Positions 57,938 to 64,000 of a stretch of DNA of 64,000 nucleotides are shown here, one piece after another; within the stretch, counting starts at the first letter, position 1, and each line of letters opens with the position of its first letter. Where the stretch lies: the NCBI GenBank assembly GCA_039714975.1, contig JBDLIH010000003.1, positions 10,197 to 74,196 of the forward strand. The letters are read 5' to 3'. The notes under the pieces are model-generated. The model was not told the DNA's origin. It worked only from the letters and a program-made list of their open reading frames with translations, and did no database searches. This DNA comes from Pseudomonadota bacterium (GTDB taxonomy: Bacteria; Pseudomonadota; Gammaproteobacteria; UBA9214). A program made the translations under genes and the position numbers.

Positions 57938-58354
57938 CTAGTGTTTCCCCGGGGACATTGCCACGCCGCGGCGTTCGAAATTGATATAGGCCTGCAGTGC
58001 AATCATCTTTGCATCATCAGCGGCCAATGGATCACTCTCCAGCGGATTCATGATGCACCAGTTAATCATCTCCCACTGTTGTGCGACCTTGCCCAGTTGT
58101 TGCTGGAACTTGGGATAGGTCTCAGGGTGTGTGTTGCTGGCATTCGGGTGGCACTGATCGCAGGACATGGTATTGGCATTCCCGAGTCCACCGTGAAAAA
58201 GTTTTTCACCTTGTTGTACCACTGATTCAAATTCCGCCTGCCAGCGACCCAGATCTCCCCGGGTAAATTCATCTGCAGCGGCTGTCGACAGAACGCTAAT
58301 GGCGAAAGCTGTGACTACAGTACGAATGCCTGTCCGTGTGATGCGTGTATGCAT
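57938..58354 (-). CDS. Periplasmic monoheme c-type cytochrome
   Basis: Signal peptide; single CxxCH (CDQCH); 138 aa. Confidence 0.7.
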   Translation of the reverse strand: MHTRITRTGIRTVVTAFAISVLSTAAADEFTRGDLGRWQAEFESVVQQGEKLFHGGLGNANTMSCDQCHPNASNTHPETYPKFQQQLGKVAQQWEMINWCIMNPLESDPLAADDAKMIALQAYINFERRGVAMSPGKH

Positions 58355-58370
58355 GATTATTTCCCCGGAA

Positions 58371-59444
58371 CTAGTAGTTGTCTTGTGGCGGTATACGTTT
58401 GTCGGTTGCCTGGTATTGAGTGTCTACCGGGTGTCCGAGTTTGCTGTCATAGGCGACAACACGATTGCGGTTGTCCGGCAACTGATAATTAGCGGCCACA
58501 TCACCATTTGCCATGTTAATGAACTGCCAGCCGGTGGCATCCCTTTCAAAGAACGGGTCGGCGCGATTCATTTCCACGGTAAGCCTGGGTAGCAATGATG
58601 CTTGTTGGCTGTATGTTGCCGGGTAGGGCCACGGCCAGGCGGTAGCCATGGCGGCATGGAAACTGATGTTGCCAATCTGGTTGGTCTGAATCTGGTGTAC
58701 ATGACCATACAGCACAGTGACCTTGTCAAACGGTTTCAGCAGCGCCTGCACCTGTTCGGCATCATCGGTCCAGAAGTTCCAGCCCTTGTAGATCTTTTGC
58801 AGCGGGGAATGTGACAGTACAACCAGTGGTGTGTCCTCACTGACCTTGCCGAGGTCCTCCTGCAACCAGTCGCGCTGTGCCTTGCCTACCATGAACGGCG
58901 AACCTTGCGGATTGTCCAGGCGAGCCATCTGGCCCATACGTTCCTTGCCACTGGACCATTTGTCATACATCCAGTCGTCGAATGTCAGAATGCTGTTAAG
59001 CACGACAAAGTGCACACCCTTGTGATCGAAACTGTAGTGGTCGGGACCGAGTTGTTTGCGCCAGTATTCACCGAGGTCCAGGTAGTAGTCATGTTCGCCC
59101 ATGACGTAGTAGGTTTTATCACGCAGGCCGGAGAGTATTTCCAGGCCGTGGTCGATTTCCTCTTTTTTGCCCAGTTGGGCAATGTCGCCACCATAAAATA
59201 CGAAGTCAGGCCGCGGATCCATCAGATTGGTTTCAGCTACGGCCCGTATCAAGCCACGGTCCCAGTTACGTACAAACTGATTGTCCTTGATATGGGTAAT
59301 GTGCGAGTCCGAGATATAGGCAAAGGTAAAGTTCTGTGAATTGTTTTTTCCAAAGGCAACTTCTACCAGGCTGAGTGGCAGAGTGCTGGCAGCCAGGACT
59401 GCACCGCCCTGCTTGAGAAAACTGCGCCGATTAATTTTTTTCAT
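58371..59444 (-). CDS. TAT-exported calcineurin-like metallophosphoesterase
   Basis: Twin-arginine motif NRRSFLKQGG. Metallophosphoesterase motifs (DSH, GGD, GEHD, VLSHSP, GHVH). The start is taken at MKKINRRSF. Confidence 0.7.
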   Translation of the reverse strand: MKKINRRSFLKQGGAVLAASTLPLSLVEVAFGKNNSQNFTFAYISDSHITHIKDNQFVRNWDRGLIRAVAETNLMDPRPDFVFYGGDIAQLGKKEEIDHGLEILSGLRDKTYYVMGEHDYYLDLGEYWRKQLGPDHYSFDHKGVHFVVLNSILTFDDWMYDKWSSGKERMGQMARLDNPQGSPFMVGKAQRDWLQEDLGKVSEDTPLVVLSHSPLQKIYKGWNFWTDDAEQVQALLKPFDKVTVLYGHVHQIQTNQIGNISFHAAMATAWPWPYPATYSQQASLLPRLTVEMNRADPFFERDATGWQFINMANGDVAANYQLPDNRNRVVAYDSKLGHPVDTQYQATDKRIPPQDNY

Positions 59445-60609
59445 GGGTTTTCTCCTTGCCGGCTGCTGCTGAGGCCAGGTGTGCATATTCCGGGCTGGTT
59501 AATGCATTGAGGAAATTAACCAGGTCAGTTTGTTCATCCTCGGTCAGTTCCAGGGGTTTAATGCCGCCACTCATGAACGGCGACAGGGGATCGCTCTCTT
59601 TTTCACGGCCGCCGTTGTTGTAAAACGTTACTACATCATCAAGCGTCTTCAGGCTGCCGTCATGCATGTAGGGCTGTGTGACTGCTATATTTCTCAGTGT
59701 GGGGGTCTTGAAAGCGCCGACCTGTGTGGGATTCTCGGTCACGGCGAAGCGCCCCAGTTCGGACATGTTTTCCTGTGTCAGCACGGTAACATCCACATCT
59801 GCACCTTTTCGTTTTGCCTTTATGAGTGCTGCAGCCGTGACTGCTTCCTTGCCTTGCACACGCTTGAAGCCGACACCGATATTATGAAACCGGTTGTCGG
59901 TGAACAGGGCTGTCGTTTGTTCGATGCGGTGGCAGGACACGCAGCGTCCCTTGCCAAGAAACAGGGAGAGACCACGTTGCTGTGAATCATTCAGTGCCTC
60001 TGTTTCTCCACCATACTGGTAGCGATCAAAGGGTGAGTTCCCCGCGATAACAGTACGTTCAAATGAAGCGATGGCCTTTGCAACATGATCCATGGTGATG
60101 CCATCGCCACTTTTTCCGAACACCTTTTTAAACTGTCGGATATATTCAGGGTCGCTGCGGACGACTTCAAGAATCGGGTCGTAGTCCTTCAGTCCCATTT
60201 CAACCGGGTTAAGCGGCGGCTGTATTGACTGTCCCTCGAGATCAGGTTCACGACCATCCCAGAACTGGGTCTGCATGTAGGCGGAATTTATCACCGTGGG
60301 TGCATTGCGGGTGCCGGTGAGTTTATGAATGCCTTCGGAAACACGCAGGTTGTCAGTGAAGCCTTTTTCACGTGCATGGCATGTGCTGCAACTGACTTCA
60401 GCGGTAGCACTGAAGCGCGTGTCATGAAACAGTTTGTCACCCAGCTTTATTTTATTTTCTGTCTGCGGGTTGTCTGCGGGAACGGGAACTTCGGGCAGGC
60501 CCAGCGGTGCAGCCTGTGCAAGGCCGGCAAAGGATGCCAGCAAAAGGGGGTATAACAGTCGGTTCATGTCAGCTCCTGATGCTCTATGGACGCGATTGGT
60601 GGCCATCAC
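59431..60609 (-). CDS. Di-heme cytochrome c peroxidase family protein (CcpA/MauG family)
   Basis: Signal peptide; two CxxCH motifs (CSTCH, CVSCH); the typical length and GREP/FDRY-type motifs of bacterial CCPs. Confidence 0.85.
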   Translation of the reverse strand: MMATNRVHRASGADMNRLLYPLLLASFAGLAQAAPLGLPEVPVPADNPQTENKIKLGDKLFHDTRFSATAEVSCSTCHAREKGFTDNLRVSEGIHKLTGTRNAPTVINSAYMQTQFWDGREPDLEGQSIQPPLNPVEMGLKDYDPILEVVRSDPEYIRQFKKVFGKSGDGITMDHVAKAIASFERTVIAGNSPFDRYQYGGETEALNDSQQRGLSLFLGKGRCVSCHRIEQTTALFTDNRFHNIGVGFKRVQGKEAVTAAALIKAKRKGADVDVTVLTQENMSELGRFAVTENPTQVGAFKTPTLRNIAVTQPYMHDGSLKTLDDVVTFYNNGGREKESDPLSPFMSGGIKPLELTEDEQTDLVNFLNALTSPEYAHLASAAAGKEKTHEKN

Positions 60610-60775
60610 CTGGGCTGCTTAAGAGCATAGAACTGGAACTAGAATAAGTCTAGTACTATTTACAACTAATTATAATATCAATATTAATATTCTATATGTT
60701 CTGGAAAATCAACCGATTATCCGGTTCTGCCGTACCGCAGGTAGTCCTGGCAGGAAGGAGAAATCTCCAGGGTTC

Positions 60776-61717
<942 letters not shown>

Positions 61718-61743
61718 TCAGTCATTGTTTGGAAGTATGTGAT

Positions 61744-62301
61744 TCAGGCGTTACTGCGCAGCAGTTCCCCTGTCAGACCATTTCGTATCTGGCTGGGCCT
61801 GTTGGTGCTACCGTGCGTCCCGTGCAGGATATAGTCAAGCCGCCCGTTAAATGCCCTGCGTACGGCAAGCGGAGTGGTTGCGGGCCGTTGTCCGTGAATG
61901 TTTGCGCTGCTCGAAACCAGCGGCCCGCCCCAGTGTCTGCAAAGTGCTGCAGTAACAGGATGGTTGCTCACTCTGATGGCCAGTGAATCATGCGTGCCAC
62001 GCAGCCATGCAGGTATCTCTGGCAGGCAGGGTAGCACCCAGGTGACAGGTGACTTGCCTGGTCGGTCAACACGCTTTCTGACGGTTGCTGTTAACGGGCA
62101 CAGGAGCGGCTCCAGCTGTTCGAAATGACTGGCGACAAGGATCAGTCCCTGATCAATGTTTCTTTTTTTTAACGCAATCAGATGCAGCGCTGCATGACCA
62201 TTGAACGGATCACATCCCAGTCCGTACAGCGTTTCTGTGGGATAGGCGATAACACCACCGGAGGCGAGCTGCCGGACGGCTTCTCTGATATGCCAGGTCA
62301 T
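61744..62301 (-). CDS. tsaC: L-threonylcarbamoyladenylate synthase (YrdC/TsaC family)
   Basis: 185 aa. AYPTETLYGLGCDP...SSSANIHG are YrdC-domain motifs. Confidence 0.88.
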   Translation of the reverse strand: MTWHIREAVRQLASGGVIAYPTETLYGLGCDPFNGHAALHLIALKKRNIDQGLILVASHFEQLEPLLCPLTATVRKRVDRPGKSPVTWVLPCLPEIPAWLRGTHDSLAIRVSNHPVTAALCRHWGGPLVSSSANIHGQRPATTPLAVRRAFNGRLDYILHGTHGSTNRPSQIRNGLTGELLRSNA

Positions 62302-62347
62302 GATGTCGCTGGTAATGAATCGCCGTTACCGCGCAGATGAACGGCTG

Positions 62348-64000
62348 CTAATCTTCAGCATTTTCTGCAGCGGGTATCGGTTCATCCCAGGGCTCGACAA
62401 ATTTGCAGTCCTGCTGCGGGCACACGCGTTGCGTGCCGGAACGCTTGGTGGTCTTGATAGAGGTGATTGGCCAGTGGCACTTCGGGCAGGGTTGTGCCAG
62501 CGGCTGATTCCAGATGGCGTACTTGCAATCCGGGTAACGCTCGCAGGAAAAGAAGACCTTGCCACGCCGTGACTTGCGCTTCAGGATATTGCCTTTTTTG
62601 CATTCCGGACATTGCACACCGGTATCTTCAGGTTTTTCCAGCGGCTCGATATATTTGCACGCAGGATAGCTGCTGCAGCCGATAAATTTGCCATAGCGGC
62701 CGGAGCGGATAATCAGGTCTGACTCGCATTTCGGACAGCTGCGCCCCTCCACGACTTCCGGTGCCGCGCTTTCACGGGATTCATCTACATTACGGGTGTA
62801 CTTGCAGTCCGGGTAGCCGGAGCAGCCGATAAAGAAACCGCCGCGGCCGAGGCTCATTTGCAATGGTTTGCCGCAGTCGGGGCATTTTTCATCAATGGGT
62901 TTCGGATAGGGCCGTGAATAGTCTTTACCAATCAGCTGGTTGAACGGCTTCCAGAACTCGTTCATTAACGGGATCCAGTCTTTTTCTCCGCGTGAAACGG
63001 CATCCAGTTCGTCTTCCAGACCGGCCGTAAAGTCATAATCCACATACGAGGTGAAATTTTCAGTCAGGAACTCGATGACAACGCGGCCGACGTCCGTCGG
63101 GTAAAAACGTTTCTTCTCGAGGGTGACATACTCGCGTGCCTGCAATGTAGAAATAATGGTGGCATAAGTCGATGGTCGTCCGATGCCATGTTCTTCCAGT
63201 GACTTGACCAGGCTTGCCTCCGAATAACGTGGTGGTGGCTCGGTAAAATGCTGGTCGGCGCGAATGGCTTTCAGTGAGCAGCTGTCACCCTTTTCAAGGG
63301 GGGGCAGCATCGTCTCATCGCCACCACCTTTTTTATCATCTTCGCCTTCCTGGTAGACAGCCATGAAACCCGGGTCGACAATGGTTGAGCCATTGGCGCG
63401 AAACAGATTTCCCTCGCCACATTTGAAATCCACGCTGACGGTATTAATCGTGGCGTGGATCATCTGACAGCTGACGGTGCGTTTCCAGATCAGGTCATAG
63501 AGTTTAAACTGTTCTGCGGACAAATATTTCCTGATGTCATCCGGTGTGTTGCGAATGGTGGTAGGCCGGATCGCCTCATGGGCTTCCTGGGCGTTTTTTG
63601 CCTTGGTTTTATAGGTGCGTGCTTCCACAGGTAACGCATCCTTGCCATAGCGTTCAGGTATGAAGATGCGCAGCTCATCCAGTGCATCCTGTGCCAGATT
63701 GACCGAGTCGGTACGCATGTAGGTAATCAGGCCGGCCGTGTCGCCACCAATTTCCATGCCTTCATAGAGTTGCTGTGCGACACGCATGGTGCGGCTGGCC
63801 GTGAAGCCCAGTTTTCGCGAGGCTTCCTGCTGCAGTGTGGAGGTTGTAAACGGTGCCGTCGGGTTGCGCTTGCGCTGTTTCTTTTCAACCTTCTCTACGA
63901 CCAGTTTGCCGTCGGCGGCCGTGAGTAACTCATCCCTGGCCTTGTTGGCGCTGCTGTCATCGGTGATGGAAAACTGCTTGAGTTTTTCTCCATGCAGTTG
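62348..64000 (-). CDS. topA: DNA topoisomerase I, C-terminal portion (5' end outside window)
   Basis: Multiple C-terminal zinc-ribbon motifs (CPDCG, CPKCESD, CPECKKG). The reading frame stays open upstream of Met 63787 to the window edge (...KRNPTAPFTTSTLQQEASRKLGF...), which is the TOPRIM/cap region. Confidence 0.88.
   Translation of the reverse strand, partial: QLHGEKLKQFSITDDSSANKARDELLTAADGKLVVEKVEKKQRKRNPTAPFTTSTLQQEASRKLGFTASRTMRVAQQLYEGMEIGGDTAGLITYMRTDSVNLAQDALDELRIFIPERYGKDALPVEARTYKTKAKNAQEAHEAIRPTTIRNTPDDIRKYLSAEQFKLYDLIWKRTVSCQMIHATINTVSVDFKCGEGNLFRANGSTIVDPGFMAVYQEGEDDKKGGGDETMLPPLEKGDSCSLKAIRADQHFTEPPPRYSEASLVKSLEEHGIGRPSTYATIISTLQAREYVTLEKKRFYPTDVGRVVIEFLTENFTSYVDYDFTAGLEDELDAVSRGEKDWIPLMNEFWKPFNQLIGKDYSRPYPKPIDEKCPDCGKPLQMSLGRGGFFIGCSGYPDCKYTRNVDESRESAAPEVVEGRSCPKCESDLIIRSGRYGKFIGCSSYPACKYIEPLEKPEDTGVQCPECKKGNILKRKSRRGKVFFSCERYPDCKYAIWNQPLAQPCPKCHWPITSIKTTKRSGTQRVCPQQDCKFVEPWDEPIPAAENAED

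Noticed and set aside
57842-58225. 127-aa plus-strand ORF
   Set aside because: It overlaps the terminator hairpin and the antisense strand of the cytochrome c gene, which has a signal peptide and a CxxCH motif.
60610-60775. Possible FNR/ANR box upstream of the cytochrome c peroxidase gene
   Set aside because: The AT-rich promoter region contains partial TATCAAT and TAGAATA...TATTCTA symmetry, but no TTGAT-N4-ATCAA match.

Overview
This 64 kb window is the chromosomal replication-origin neighbourhood of a gammaproteobacterium (dnaA 3' end, then dnaN, recF, gyrB). GC is roughly 55-60%. Gene order recurs in Pseudomonas-type layouts: plsC and a GmhB-like phosphatase, glyS-glyQ, the glnA-ntrB-ntrC nitrogen regulon with an intact NtrC-enhancer and sigma-54 promoter, secB-gpsA, gpmI-envC-ctpA-yibQ, ubiE-ubiJ-ubiB, hslVU, xerC-yigA-dapF-lysA-lptM, argH-algZ-algR-hemC-hemD, xthA, prlC, aroE-hemB, hemF-tsaC-topA. 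Most of the window is core housekeeping with tightly packed, often overlapping, operons. I found no CRISPR array, transposase, integrase (apart from xerC) or tRNA gene.

The accessory content worth attention:
- A four-gene minus-strand operon at 19970-22530 encoding a PapD-like periplasmic chaperone plus three secreted proteins, two of them paralogous pilin-like subunits. It lies convergent, 14 bp stop-to-stop, with a 668-aa predicted outer-membrane protein carrying a C-terminal Cna-B/carboxypeptidase-regulatory-like domain (17949-19955). Together these look like a divergent, poorly described chaperone/usher-like fibre or adhesin system. This is my best candidate for a previously undescribed system.
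- A divergent MnmA-like PP-loop thiolase translationally coupled to a TusA-like sulfur carrier (10971-12244).
- A periplasmic redox trio: di-heme cytochrome c peroxidase/MauG-like, a TAT-exported metallophosphoesterase and a monoheme cytochrome c (57938-60609).
- A phased heptamer-repeat inverted element upstream of hslVU (39027-39108).
- Several regulatory and terminator structures.
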